From the NCBI GenBank assembly GCA_964621195.1, contig CAZULJ010000004.1, positions 16,620-80,619 of the forward strand: 64,000 nucleotides of DNA. Reading direction: 5' to 3'. The notes under the pieces were generated by a model. That model did no database searches. It saw only the letters and a program-made list of their open reading frames with translations, and was not told where the DNA came from. This DNA comes from an uncultured Candidatus Saccharibacteria bacterium (lineage in GTDB: Bacteria; Patescibacteriota; Dojkabacteria; SC72). This document shows positions 1 through 10,115 of this stretch, in pieces. Position numbers and translations under genes: made by a program. The first letter of the stretch is position 1, and each line of letters opens with the position of its first letter.

Positions 1-583
1 AGCTCTTACTCTGTTTGTACTTTAACCTATTAGACTCAACAGTTTCGGTGGCCTCTTCTCTTGTGGCAAGGATCTGCTGTTGCATAACTTCCATAGTAGG
101 ATACTGCTCCTCCTTTGAAGCTCTTGCAGCAACCTGAGTACCACAATATGGACAGAATTTAACACTTTTACCAATCAGTACCTCGCAGTTTGGACATTTC
201 TTTTTTATTTCATTACCACAGTTTGTACAAAAAACATACCCTGGTAATAGCTGATTACCACACTTTGTACAATCTCCTAACTCAGATGTTTCGTATTTAA
301 GATATCTTCGCTCAAGATCTGCCCAATATATCTGCTCTATTGTCTCACTCGGTCTAATTATCAAATATATTATCAATCCTGGGATATTTAATAGTGTAAC
401 TAGGAGAAGATATACAACCCTGATAGTCATATTTGAAGTTCTCTCTCCAGAGTCCACCCAAACCCAACCTATTAGCACTAACCAAAATATTAACAACAAG
501 ACGAATAGAAAGCTCCCAAACATATTGAAATCCATATTACCTACGAAATCAAAAAATCCTAGAACAAAGTTTTCGAGATTCAT
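1..583 (-). CDS. Membrane protein with double zinc ribbon (DZR); 3' end runs off the window
   Basis: Manual translation from ATG 583: MNLENFVLGFFDF..., hydrophobic helices, then CTKC-CTNC-CPNC-CPYC; no stop before position 1; absent from the ORF track. Confidence 0.8.
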   Translation of the reverse strand, partial: MNLENFVLGFFDFVGNMDFNMFGSFLFVLLLIFWLVLIGWVWVDSGERTSNMTIRVVYLLLVTLLNIPGLIIYLIIRPSETIEQIYWADLERRYLKYETSELGDCTKCGNQLLPGYVFCTNCGNEIKKKCPNCEVLIGKSVKFCPYCGTQVAARASKEEQYPTMEVMQQQILATREEATETVESNRLKYKQSKS

Positions 584-666
584 ATTTTTAATATAGACAA
601 TTAATGATGGGGCGTACAACAAATTATCTCAGGCAAATGTTTTTTTTACAAGGGGGAAAAGAATAA

Positions 667-750
667 TGGTCGAGGAGGGAATCGAACCCTCATGCTATTA
701 CTAGCACGGGATTTTGAGTCCCGCGTGTCTGCCAGTTCCACCACTCGACC
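667..750 (-). tRNA. tRNA-Leu(CAA), CCA not encoded
   Basis: Acceptor GGTCGAG/CTCGACC+A, anticodon arm CGGGA-CTCAAAA-TCCCG, long variable arm, GGTTCGATTCC T-loop. Confidence 0.95.
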
Positions 751-791
751 AGTGCATGTATTATATCCCAAATATCTTTAGCTTGTACACA

Positions 792-2108
792 CTATTTACG
801 ATCCCTATACAAATTCCTAAAGCTAGCGATTTCATTTACAAATGCAAGCTCTACCATACCTGTAGGACCATTTCTGTGCTTTGCAAGAAATATATCTGCA
901 GTACCCTTTCTTTCTGTATCAGGATTCCATGTTTCTTCCCTATCTACAAATATTACGACATCGGCATCCTGCTCAATAGATCCTGACTCTCTAAGATCGG
1001 ATAGCTGAGGTCTTCTTCCTTGTCTCTGTTCAATTGCACGAGATAGCTGTGAAAGGGCAACAACAGGTACATTTAATTCTTTTGCGAGATTTTTTAAACC
1101 TTGTGATATTTCTGATACTTCAAGAGTTCTGCTCTCTTTGCTGCTTCCGTGCATCAATTGCAAATAGTCTACAAAGATAATATCTACACCATGCTCTAAA
1201 GCTAATCTTCTAGATTTTGTTCTTACCTGATTAATATGTTGACCTGCCATATCGTCTATGAAGATATTAGCATCACCAAGCTCACCCATTGTATTGGCTA
1301 ACTTAATAATCTTCTCATCATTTAATTTGTTTGTCCTAATTTCCCAAAAAGGTATACCAGATTGCATGCCTAGTAGCCTATCCATAATCTGCATATTGGA
1401 CATTTCTAGGGAAAAGAATGCGACATTCTTCTTTTCAACCAAAGAGGCATGCCTCATCATATCCAAGGCTAATGAGGTTTTACCAACAGATGGCCTTGCA
1501 GCAAGTATAATTAAGTCGGACTTTTGGAAACCACCAAGCAGTACATCTAAGTCTCTAAATCCAGTAGAAATACCAGAGTAATCGTCAGTGCTTTTTGCAT
1601 GCGCTGCTCTCTCGTATGCATCTTTTAACAGTTCCTTAACATGAACAAAGTTACTCTTAACACCCTCTTGAGCAACATTAAAAAGAAGTGTCTCTGACTT
1701 ATCAACAACTTCAGATATATCCATAGTCTCATCAAAAGAGAGAGTAGTTATTTGTGACGCAGAGGAGATTAACCCCCTTCTTGTAGCATTCTCTTTTACA
1801 ATATTCGCATACTCCTCCACATGAGCAGAGGTGGGAACAAAGGATGCTAACTCAGTAAGATATGCACGACCACCAACCTTCACCAATATTTTCTTCTTCT
1901 TTAATCTATCAGATATTGTTACTAGATCTATTGGTAAACCATGTTCAAAAAGCTCTAAAATATTTTGATATATCAAAGCATGACGATCATCATAGAAATG
2001 GCCAGGCTGTAACCACCCAGAAACATTTATCAAAGCGTCTTTGTCCAAAAGCATAGAACCAAGGACAGATTTCTCAGCTTCAATATTTTGTGGTGGTATT
2101 TTCTCCAT
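792..2108 (-). CDS. dnaB: Replicative DNA helicase
   Basis: PPQNIEAE N-terminus, Walker A ARPSVGKT, VDYLQL, LSQLSR, DLRESGSIEQDAD, KHRNGPTG. Confidence 0.98.
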   Translation of the reverse strand: MEKIPPQNIEAEKSVLGSMLLDKDALINVSGWLQPGHFYDDRHALIYQNILELFEHGLPIDLVTISDRLKKKKILVKVGGRAYLTELASFVPTSAHVEEYANIVKENATRRGLISSASQITTLSFDETMDISEVVDKSETLLFNVAQEGVKSNFVHVKELLKDAYERAAHAKSTDDYSGISTGFRDLDVLLGGFQKSDLIILAARPSVGKTSLALDMMRHASLVEKKNVAFFSLEMSNMQIMDRLLGMQSGIPFWEIRTNKLNDEKIIKLANTMGELGDANIFIDDMAGQHINQVRTKSRRLALEHGVDIIFVDYLQLMHGSSKESRTLEVSEISQGLKNLAKELNVPVVALSQLSRAIEQRQGRRPQLSDLRESGSIEQDADVVIFVDREETWNPDTERKGTADIFLAKHRNGPTGMVELAFVNEIASFRNLYRDRK

Positions 2109-2115
2109 TTATTTT

Positions 2116-2763
2116 TTAATTAAGAAATATTACCTCCATATTCTTCTGCTCCTGCTCAGGAGAAGGAGATACGTTTATATATGACTCATCTCTAACATTT
2201 GTAAAACCAAAGTATTTAATAAAGTCTTCCCTACTCTTTATATCCTTACCAACTTTTAGCCCATCCTGTTTGTATGCACATGGGAGGAGTATTGTAGGAT
2301 CTACATTGTTAATAACTTTCTCAATTTTGTCATAATCGATAAAGAGAGATCCATTACCTATTGGTAGAATCAATACATCAACATCTCCAAGATCTTTAGT
2401 AGAAGATGTATCGAAGCTATTATCTAAAAGTCCCATGTATACAACACGCAAGATTGTTTCATCAATTAAATAGAAAGGAGCCTCAACATCTCTTCTTACC
2501 ATAACTCCACCAATCTCAAATTCTCCAGGGGATGATATTTCAATAATGGATTCTCTGTGCTCAGGCTCAACTTTCTTTAAGAGATCATTCTCCTTTAGGA
2601 TCTCTTCTTTACCTATTAATTTCTTATCTGTATACAAAACAACATCTGTCTTTACTTTAGTAAAACTCAATCCACTTTCTTTTAATGCAAGAGGATCCGT
2701 AATTAATGATATTTCGCCAACTGTTAATTGAAAGGTTGACCATCCGAGATTTTTTATCTTCAT
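2116..2763 (-). CDS. MBL-fold protein (Lactamase_B_3-like), metal motif degenerate
   Basis: LGWSTFQL..LITDP, SPGEFEIGGV, GDVDVLILPIG; no HxHxDH motif visible. Confidence 0.6.
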   Translation of the reverse strand: MKIKNLGWSTFQLTVGEISLITDPLALKESGLSFTKVKTDVVLYTDKKLIGKEEILKENDLLKKVEPEHRESIIEISSPGEFEIGGVMVRRDVEAPFYLIDETILRVVYMGLLDNSFDTSSTKDLGDVDVLILPIGNGSLFIDYDKIEKVINNVDPTILLPCAYKQDGLKVGKDIKSREDFIKYFGFTNVRDESYINVSPSPEQEQKNMEVIFLN

Positions 2764-2817
2764 ATATACATCTAATTATATTATTGGGCAGTCATATTCT
2801 AGAGTATACCAGATTGT

Positions 2818-3039
2818 TTAATCTGATAATCCAAGGGATTTCTTTACATCTTCCACAAGGGTTTCTTTCATCTGATTTTTTACTAGCTCAAGCTTAAGAC
2901 TCTCCAGAGAAGAGATCACAGCCTGTAGCTGTGTCATAAGTTTCTCCTCCTCAGTGCCACCAACTATCATCCTCTTTATACCTCCTACCTGCCCCTCGAT
3001 TCTACTCACTCTGTTTTGAATCCTTTTAGAATACTTCAT
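2818..3039 (-). CDS. CsoR/RcnR-family repressor-like protein
   Basis: NRVSRIEGQVGGIKRM...TQLQAVISSL family signature; contains no Cys or His. Confidence 0.8.
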   Translation of the reverse strand: MKYSKRIQNRVSRIEGQVGGIKRMIVGGTEEEKLMTQLQAVISSLESLKLELVKNQMKETLVEDVKKSLGLSD

Positions 3040-3237
3040 ATCTGTGTTAAGTATATTTTTTTAGAAGTAGGAAATCAAGAATATTGTTGTATAGAAATTG
3101 ATATTGCAAAGTGATACGATATCAAAGATGCAAAAGCTACAAATAAACCAGACACACACGATATACAGGAAAAGAGCAAGATCAATATTCATCTTCCTTT
3201 TACCAATTGCAGTATTTCGACTCTCAGACTCAATTCT

Positions 3238-3522
3238 TTTATATATATTTCCAACTCATGGCCGTTAAATGATGCTGTATACAGTGATTTGCAAAAGAGA
3301 CTTGAGGAACACCGGGTTCACTTAATGGGCATCTCTAATGCTGGATATTCGTTTGCATATATACTTGCTCCACTGCTAATGGGATACGTTTTCGATCTCT
3401 TTGGATTTTACAAATCATTTTCCCTGCTTGGCCTTGTGCTTGCAATCTCTTCGAACCATCTAATTTTCTTTACACCAAGAAAGCTTAGAATGCCACAAAA
3501 GTCTCTGGATCAAATTAAATAG
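3238..3522 (+). pseudogene. C-terminal fragment of an MFS transporter
   Basis: Frame reads SWPLNDAVYSDL...LMGISNAGYSFAYILAPLLMGYVFDLFG, typical of the last MFS helices; no room for the N-terminal part. Confidence 0.55.
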
Positions 3523-3525
3523 TTC

Positions 3526-3561
3526 TTGACAGTTTTAGCACTCGTAGCTATACTTTGCTAA
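3526..3561 (+). promoter_or_regulatory. Sigma70/SigA promoter overlapped by a CIRCE-like (HrcA) operator
   Basis: TTGACA(3526)-N17-TATACT(3549); TTAGCACTC-N9-CTTTGCTAA at 3535-3561 versus consensus TTAGCACTC-N9-GAGTGCTAA; directly upstream of hsp20. Confidence 0.8.
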
Positions 3562-3593
3562 CAATACATATTTAAATTTTTATTTAAATTACT

Positions 3594-4031
3594 ATGAAGA
3601 TTGTAAAGATAAATCAAAAACCTCAAGACAGTTACTATACCCCCATAAGGTCTTTAATGGACGAATTCTTCAGTTATCCATTACTTGACAGATGGGAAAG
3701 ACCATTCGAAGATTTCTCTGCCGATATATGGGAGGAAGATAACAAGATCTTTGTGAAGATGGCAATGCCAGGCATAAAGAAGGAGAACATCAAGATATCA
3801 GTAACTGGTGATATTCTAACAATAGAAGGAGAGAACAGTGAAACCAAAGAGGAGAAAGATGGAAAGAAATATTTCCTCAAGGGCTTTCAGAGTTGCTCCT
3901 ACTCTCAGAGGTTTAACCTTCCTTCTATAATCAATCCAGACGAAGTTAATGCAAAGTTTGAGGATGGTGTACTAACTGTCGAATTACCAAAGGCAAAAGA
4001 ATCTCAAACAAAACAGATAGAGATAAAGTAG
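3594..4031 (+). CDS. Hsp20/alpha-crystallin small heat-shock protein
   Basis: ADIWEE..MPGIKKENIKIS..FNLP..AKFEDGVLTVELPK. Confidence 0.95.
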   Translation: MKIVKINQKPQDSYYTPIRSLMDEFFSYPLLDRWERPFEDFSADIWEEDNKIFVKMAMPGIKKENIKISVTGDILTIEGENSETKEEKDGKKYFLKGFQSCSYSQRFNLPSIINPDEVNAKFEDGVLTVELPKAKESQTKQIEIK

Positions 4032-4043
4032 CTTAGAATAGAA

Positions 4044-4075
4044 AGAAACGGGGCGTATGCCCCGTTTTTCTTTTT
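4044..4075 (+). terminator. Intrinsic terminator of hsp20
   Basis: AAACGGGGC-GTAT-GCCCCGTTT followed by a T-rich tract. Confidence 0.85.
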
Positions 4076-4096
4076 GTGATGTAGTATAATCAATGA

Positions 4097-5218
4097 ATGC
4101 AAAAAGAGAACATACTGTTAATCATAAGTGTTATCCTTTCGATCGCAATACTAGGTTTTTCAATATATATATCCATACCTAAAAACACAACACAAAATGA
4201 AGATATTAACACTGAAGAAGACAGTACACCGGAGCCAGAGGAATTAGTAAACGAAGTGGTAACTGAAGAAGAGCAGGAGATACCCGAAACAACTTTCACC
4301 CAATCGGCATGGATACCCTCCTGGGATTTTAAAAAAGGATTTGAGAGTCTAAAGTTAAGAAAAGAAACAATAACTAGGGTACATCCAGTACTCTACTCTT
4401 TAAACAATAATGGTACACTAATGGATAGAAAACCCTCGGAGAGTACTCTTGCAGAGTTTCTTGCATATACAAAGACAGAAAATATTCTAGTAATACCAAC
4501 GGTAGGTTCATATGACTTTAAGATAATGGAAAGTGTACTAAACTCTGAGGTATATATAGAAAAGAGTGTAAATGAGATTGTTGAGCAGGTAGAGAAGTAT
4601 AACTATGATGGTATCGATATTGATTATGAAAAAATAAAGACTGCAAACAGAGTACAATATCTCTCATTTCTTTCAAAACTATCTACAAAATTAAAAGAGA
4701 AAGGCAAACTCCTTTCTGTTACAGTTTCGGCTAAAACTAGAGACAGTTCAGTAGATACTCTTTATGCACAAGATTGGATAGAGATAAACAAGGTTGCAGA
4801 CAGTGTGAATATAATGACATACGACTATACACTACAAAGCTCAACCATACCTGGACCCATAGGTCCATTAGATTGGATATCCGATGTCATAGAATACTCT
4901 AAAGGGAAAATAAACCCTCAGAAAATATTCCTAGGCATACACCTTTACTCATATCTCTGGAAGGAACAGAAGGCTACTGCACTCACCTACTCTTCGACTA
5001 CAAGTATACTTTCAAATAGTAAAATAGAGAGAAAATATCTCGAAGATTTTGCAGAAGGCTATGCATCGTATACATGTGCAGATGGATCCAAATGTATTCT
5101 CTTCTACCCCACTAAAGAAGGAGTAAAGGAGAGAATTGAAATATCAAGAGAGAATAAGCTTGCTGGTGTAGTATACTGGAGACTAGGAGATGATGGAAAC
5201 ATTTTAGATACAGAATAG
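4097..5218 (+). CDS. Membrane-anchored glycoside hydrolase family 18
   Basis: N-terminal TM, acidic linker, catalytic DGIDIDYE, IMTYD, LAGVVYWRLG. Confidence 0.9.
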   Translation: MQKENILLIISVILSIAILGFSIYISIPKNTTQNEDINTEEDSTPEPEELVNEVVTEEEQEIPETTFTQSAWIPSWDFKKGFESLKLRKETITRVHPVLYSLNNNGTLMDRKPSESTLAEFLAYTKTENILVIPTVGSYDFKIMESVLNSEVYIEKSVNEIVEQVEKYNYDGIDIDYEKIKTANRVQYLSFLSKLSTKLKEKGKLLSVTVSAKTRDSSVDTLYAQDWIEINKVADSVNIMTYDYTLQSSTIPGPIGPLDWISDVIEYSKGKINPQKIFLGIHLYSYLWKEQKATALTYSSTTSILSNSKIERKYLEDFAEGYASYTCADGSKCILFYPTKEGVKERIEISRENKLAGVVYWRLGDDGNILDTE

Positions 5219-5380
5219 ACTAAACCTATTAAGATCCCTCAAGAGATCTTTCTTCACGGCAAGGGTAACAGAAATGTTGCAGATCTTACTGTAAAGCTCT
5301 ATGAAACAGTTTTTAAGATATAAATTCATAGATCTTTGTTCTAGACACTACCATATTCATCTGCTATAATTCTACCCGTT

Positions 5381-5716
5381 ATGAAAAGAGATATTCATCC
5401 AAAATACAACAAGAGTTTGAAAGTAGTATGTTCATGTGGTAACACATTTGTTACAGGTTCTACACTAGAAAGTGATACTTTAAACGTAGAACTTTGTTCA
5501 AAATGTCACCCATTCTTCACTGGAGAACAAAAAATTGTAGACACTGACAATGTTGTTAAGAAGTTTGAAGAAAGAGCTCAGAAAGCTGCAAAGATGTCTT
5601 TCAGAAGTAAGAGAGAGAAGATGGAAGCAAGAAAGCAGAAGAAAGATACAACAGTAAAGAGTTCTTCAACTCTTACACTCAAAGATATGCTTGCAAACGC
5701 GAACATTTCTAAGTAA
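5381..5716 (+). CDS. rpmE: 50S ribosomal protein bL31 (Zn-binding type) with C-terminal extension
   Basis: [27 protein letters not shown]. Confidence 0.97.
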   Translation: MKRDIHPKYNKSLKVVCSCGNTFVTGSTLESDTLNVELCSKCHPFFTGEQKIVDTDNVVKKFEERAQKAAKMSFRSKREKMEARKQKKDTTVKSSSTLTLKDMLANANISK

Positions 5717-5740
5717 CACACTCCCTATACATCAATATTA

Positions 5741-6850
5741 ATGATATCATCCATAGATATGGACATAAATGCTGTAAAAGAAAAATATTCAAAGAACAAA
5801 GCAAGGGAAGAGAAAGAAGCATTGGAGCAGAGAATGATCAATGCTCATAATACAGGGGATAATATATCTCAGATTAGTATAGATCTCACCTACTACTCCC
5901 AACTATCCTCGTACATAGAACAGATACTCTCCCTAACCAAGGCATATGAAGAAGCCGAAGAAATTGTAAAGGAGAATTCGGACCCCGATCTTACAGAGAT
6001 GGCCAAAACTGAGATGGAAGAAATCGAAGAAAAAATCCCCCTATTAGAGAAAGAAATTGCAATATTGCAGATAGATAGAACATTCCATGATGAGGATGAC
6101 AATAGGTCTGCAATACTTGAAATTAGAGCTGGTGCAGGTGGTGATGAAGCGAGCCTGTTTGCCGCAGATCTATTCAGAATGTACAAGAATTTCGCATTAA
6201 AAAATGGTTGGGATATGCAAGTAATAGAGAGTAATATATCTGAAGGTGGTGGTTACAAGGAAGTAATTGCACAAATTAATGGTAAGAATGTATATAAAAA
6301 ACTTAAGTACGAGAGTGGTGTACACAGAGTACAAAGAGTACCTGTTACAGAATCCTCAGGAAGAATACACACCTCTACAGCCTCTGTCGCGATATTACCA
6401 GAAGCAAAAAGTATTGATATTGAGATAAAACCAGAAGATATAAGAATAGATGTTATGAGAGCTTCAGGCGCTGGTGGTCAATGTGTTAATAGAACAGACT
6501 CCGCAGTAAGAATAACCCACTTCCCAAGTGGAATAGTTGTAAGTTGCCAAGAAACAAAACATCAGAGCCAAAATAAAGAGAAAGCTATGGCTTTGTTAAG
6601 ATCTAGACTGTATGAAAAGAAAAGACAAGAAGAGGCAGAGAAAAGATCCAATCTGAGATCCTCACAAATCGGTAGTGCTATGAGAGCAGAGAAGATTAGG
6701 ACATATAACTTTCCACAGAATAGAATTACAGATCATAGAATAAAAAAATCATGGCATAACATAGAAACAGTATTGGCTGGAGAAATAGATGACATGGTTG
6801 ATGATATAAGAGAGGGAATACAGTTAGAACTTCTTAAGGATGTACAGTAA
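5741..6850 (+). CDS. prfA: Peptide chain release factor 1 (alternative start 5759)
   Basis: EIRAGAGGDEA, RVPVTE (PxT), GAGGQ, IRTYNFPQNR. Confidence 0.97.
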   Translation: MISSIDMDINAVKEKYSKNKAREEKEALEQRMINAHNTGDNISQISIDLTYYSQLSSYIEQILSLTKAYEEAEEIVKENSDPDLTEMAKTEMEEIEEKIPLLEKEIAILQIDRTFHDEDDNRSAILEIRAGAGGDEASLFAADLFRMYKNFALKNGWDMQVIESNISEGGGYKEVIAQINGKNVYKKLKYESGVHRVQRVPVTESSGRIHTSTASVAILPEAKSIDIEIKPEDIRIDVMRASGAGGQCVNRTDSAVRITHFPSGIVVSCQETKHQSQNKEKAMALLRSRLYEKKRQEEAEKRSNLRSSQIGSAMRAEKIRTYNFPQNRITDHRIKKSWHNIETVLAGEIDDMVDDIREGIQLELLKDVQ

Positions 6851-7661
6851 TCTACAGGATGCCTACCTTTTTCAACAACTACTTACTAGAATCGGATATC
6901 CCGATTACAAAAGAATCTCACTAGAGATTGCAGAATACATAGGATCGAATCCCGATATTAAAAGAGAAAATATTGAGAAGAGATTACTTAATGGGGAGCC
7001 CTGGGAATATATTCGTGGATATGCAGAGTTTTGTAATCTACAATTCCTAGTTACAAAGGACACCCTTATACCAAGAGTAGAAACAGAAAAGCTGGTACAC
7101 AGCGTTATTGAAATTATCAAAAAAGAAAATATCAAAAGACTAGTAGATGTAGGCACGGGAACTGGATGTATACCGATTTCAGTAAAGAAGTATTTGGGAG
7201 AAGATTACGTACTAAATATTCATGCTACTGATATATCACAAAGTGCACTCAAGATTGCAAAACGGAATGAAGAATTGATAACTCGGAGTATTGATATAGA
7301 TTGGCTAAATACAAATCTAATAAAAGATGTCGAGGATCTCTCAAACGAAAGTATCTTAACAGCTAATCTGCCATATATTCCCACTGAACAGTATTTAAAA
7401 CTAGACCACTCCGTTATTAATTACGAACCAAGAGAGGCATTAGATGGTGGTAAAGATGGCTTGAAACTCTATAGAGATCTTTTCAAAATGATGAATAAAA
7501 AGAATTACTACCCCAAATATCTCTTTATAGAAACAGAGGAATCTATATATGAGAAAACCTATACACTTATTAAAGAGTTCTTCAAAGTTTCTGAGATTAC
7601 AAAACAGAAAGACTGCTTCGAAAGAGATAGGTTTTTAATAGTAAAGACCCCTACTCTTTAG
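6840..7661 (+). CDS. prmC: Release factor glutamine methyltransferase
   Basis: GEPWEYIRG, LIPRVETE, DVGTGTGCI, ANLPY, ALDGGKDGL; follows prfA. Confidence 0.95.
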   Translation: MYSNLQDAYLFQQLLTRIGYPDYKRISLEIAEYIGSNPDIKRENIEKRLLNGEPWEYIRGYAEFCNLQFLVTKDTLIPRVETEKLVHSVIEIIKKENIKRLVDVGTGTGCIPISVKKYLGEDYVLNIHATDISQSALKIAKRNEELITRSIDIDWLNTNLIKDVEDLSNESILTANLPYIPTEQYLKLDHSVINYEPREALDGGKDGLKLYRDLFKMMNKKNYYPKYLFIETEESIYEKTYTLIKEFFKVSEITKQKDCFERDRFLIVKTPTL

Positions 7662-8829
7662 CTTCCTCTAATACAACTTTCACAGTTCTTGTAGCTCCAG
7701 CATTCCAAAGCTCCAAGGATATCTCCTCTCCGACATCAAATGACTGAACAAGGGAGGCAAAAGAGTTTGCAATCTTCTTTCCATTTATCGTAGTAATAAT
7801 ATCTCCCCTTTCTATGCCAGCCTTTGCTGCAGGTCCAACAGGGTCAGTATTTACAACCAATGCTCCAGCTACAACATCTGTATAGTACAAGGCTTCATAT
7901 TCTGAGATCATTTGATACGAGATACCGATATATGGCTTTATAAATTTCCCATATGTTCTGTACTCCTCAAGTCTCTCCTTTACAACATTTATCGGCAAAG
8001 CAAAAGATATATTATCTGCACCCGCACTAGTCGCAAAGTTAACACCCACTACTTTACCCTCCGTACTAATCAATGGTCCACCTGAGTTTCCAGGATTTAC
8101 TGCGGCATCAGTTTGGATAACATCTTCATATACTTTTGTTGTAGATCCAAACCAACCAGACGAGGTTGTTACAGATCTACTTAAGCCGCTAATAACTCCG
8201 GTTGTAACACTCCCTGCATACTCGCCCAATGGCGTTCCTATTGCTATAACTGTTTGTCCAACAAGTAAGTTTGAGGAGTCACCTAATTCAATAGCTTTTA
8301 GATCCTTTGCGTCTACTTTTAGTATTGCAATATCATTGCTATCGTCCCTTAATATCTCAACAACGGAGTGCTCCTTTCCATCACTTGTTATTACAACATA
8401 TGCTGCAGTAGAATCTGAAACCACGTGCTGATTTGTTATTATAATTCCATTACTATCAACTACAAAGCCAGTTCCTATCTTACTAACACTATCAACCAAC
8501 CCCTCACCCCGTTGAAGTGAGAGTTGGGATACTGCTACACTAACAACAGATTCTGTAGAGTTCTTAACAACATTTATTACAACGTTCTCCTCTTGAGTTA
8601 CGGTTATACTTACATCTTTCTCCTGGTTATTCTCAACCTTCTGATCATTACCAAAGAGTAGTATGTCCTGTAAAGCTGGTGAAATTCTTAATATTAGAAG
8701 TACTGATACTGAGAAGAAAAGCAGCATGGTAATAATCACCAAGGATAAACCAAAAACTCTTAGATGTTTGTAATTATCAAAGGAGAGTGTATATTTTCCC
8801 TTCTTCTCTTTAATTTCAGTCTTTTCCAT
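7651..8829 (-). CDS. htrA: HtrA/DegP-like serine protease with PDZ domain
   Basis: TNQHVV, DIAILK, QTDAAVNPGNSGGPL, C-terminal PDZ; N-terminal TM. Confidence 0.93.
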   Translation of the reverse strand: MEKTEIKEKKGKYTLSFDNYKHLRVFGLSLVIITMLLFFSVSVLLILRISPALQDILLFGNDQKVENNQEKDVSITVTQEENVVINVVKNSTESVVSVAVSQLSLQRGEGLVDSVSKIGTGFVVDSNGIIITNQHVVSDSTAAYVVITSDGKEHSVVEILRDDSNDIAILKVDAKDLKAIELGDSSNLLVGQTVIAIGTPLGEYAGSVTTGVISGLSRSVTTSSGWFGSTTKVYEDVIQTDAAVNPGNSGGPLISTEGKVVGVNFATSAGADNISFALPINVVKERLEEYRTYGKFIKPYIGISYQMISEYEALYYTDVVAGALVVNTDPVGPAAKAGIERGDIITTINGKKIANSFASLVQSFDVGEEISLELWNAGATRTVKVVLEEAKE

Positions 8830-8847
8830 ATTTACATTAATAAAAAT

Positions 8848-10065
8848 TTATTTATTAAGTAACTTAATAGCTTCATCTAATTGTCTATCAAATCCAGCAA
8901 CAAAATCTTCTGTCGTATTCTCCACTTCAACATCAGGAACTACTGGGTTATCCCTGCTTATCCAAGTACCGTCTGGTAGTAACCATTTTAATATTGTGAT
9001 ATGCAAACTAGATCCTCCATTTAGGTCTAGCACACTCTGTGCAGTACCCTTACCATATGTTTTCACTCCTACTATTTGTGCCACATTGTTTTGTTTCAAT
9101 GCCCCAGAAAAGATCTCTGATGCAGAAGCACTACCCTCATCTACAAGAACAACAACAGAGGTATTCAAAAGTTTTGCACCCGCTCTCGCTACAAAATCTT
9201 CCCTATTTCCATCTCCATCTTCTTGCATTGAGATTAATGTCCCCTTTTCAAGGAATTCAGAAGCAGAGTAAACTGCAGCATCGAAGTATCCTCCAGGATT
9301 ACCTCTAAGATCAACAATAATTTTCTTTGTACCCTTCTTTGCGATTTCATCAACCACAGAATCCCATTTCTCAACCCAATCTTGATATGAGGAGTCTGTA
9401 AATCTTGCAATATCTATTAATGCAATATCCTTTTTTGCACCTATAAAAGATAACGTCATACTTGGGACTGTAATCTGTCCTCTTGTTATCTCAATGGTAA
9501 CTGGCTCTAAATCTCCCTTATGTAGAATCTTTAAAACAACCTTTGTACCTGACTCTCCCCTTATCTTTTGTACAATATCATATATGTTATCCTTGCTCTT
9601 AACCTCGTAATCATCCACAGCTAATATATAGTCGCCAGGCCTAATACCCGCATCTTTTGCTGGTGAACCATCTAATGGAGATACAATTATAATTGATCCA
9701 TCATCATATCCTAACTCTGCACCAATTCCTTCAAAATATTTACCCTCATTTGCTTGATTAAATTCCTCCGTTTCTTCAGGAGTTAAAAATAGTGTTGCAG
9801 GATCTCCATACGAATCAACCATACCCTTAATTGCACCAAACATCATATCCTGATCCTCAACCTTGTCCTTTTCTACATACCTACTCTTCATAACATTCCA
9901 CACTTCCCAGAAGAGATCTTGATTTGCAGAAGGTGTGTTATCAAATACCTCTAAAGTTGGTACATTAACACTTCTACCAAAGATAATACCAAAGGCAAAG
10001 GATACAACAAGAAGTACTAATATCCAAAGATTCTTTATACTATTTCCGTTATTTTCCACAAGCAA
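8848..10065 (-). CDS. ctpA: S41 carboxyl-terminal processing protease
   Basis: FEGIGAEL, PDZ, DLRGNPGG, SASASEI, TYGKGTAQ. Confidence 0.93.
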   Translation of the reverse strand: MLVENNGNSIKNLWILVLLVVSFAFGIIFGRSVNVPTLEVFDNTPSANQDLFWEVWNVMKSRYVEKDKVEDQDMMFGAIKGMVDSYGDPATLFLTPEETEEFNQANEGKYFEGIGAELGYDDGSIIIVSPLDGSPAKDAGIRPGDYILAVDDYEVKSKDNIYDIVQKIRGESGTKVVLKILHKGDLEPVTIEITRGQITVPSMTLSFIGAKKDIALIDIARFTDSSYQDWVEKWDSVVDEIAKKGTKKIIVDLRGNPGGYFDAAVYSASEFLEKGTLISMQEDGDGNREDFVARAGAKLLNTSVVVLVDEGSASASEIFSGALKQNNVAQIVGVKTYGKGTAQSVLDLNGGSSLHITILKWLLPDGTWISRDNPVVPDVEVENTTEDFVAGFDRQLDEAIKLLNK

Positions 10066-10115
10066 GAGAAACTAAACTAAAGTATTCCTGAAATTATATT
10101 ACCCAGAGGGTTGTA

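Noticed and set aside
714-986. 90-aa ORF
   Set aside because: Overlaps tRNA-Leu and the dnaB 3' end on the opposite strand; spurious.
5219-5325. Short open frame IKIPQEIFLHGKGNRNVADLTVKLYETVFKI after GH18
   Set aside because: Could be a gene remnant but has no start codon and is too short to support a call.
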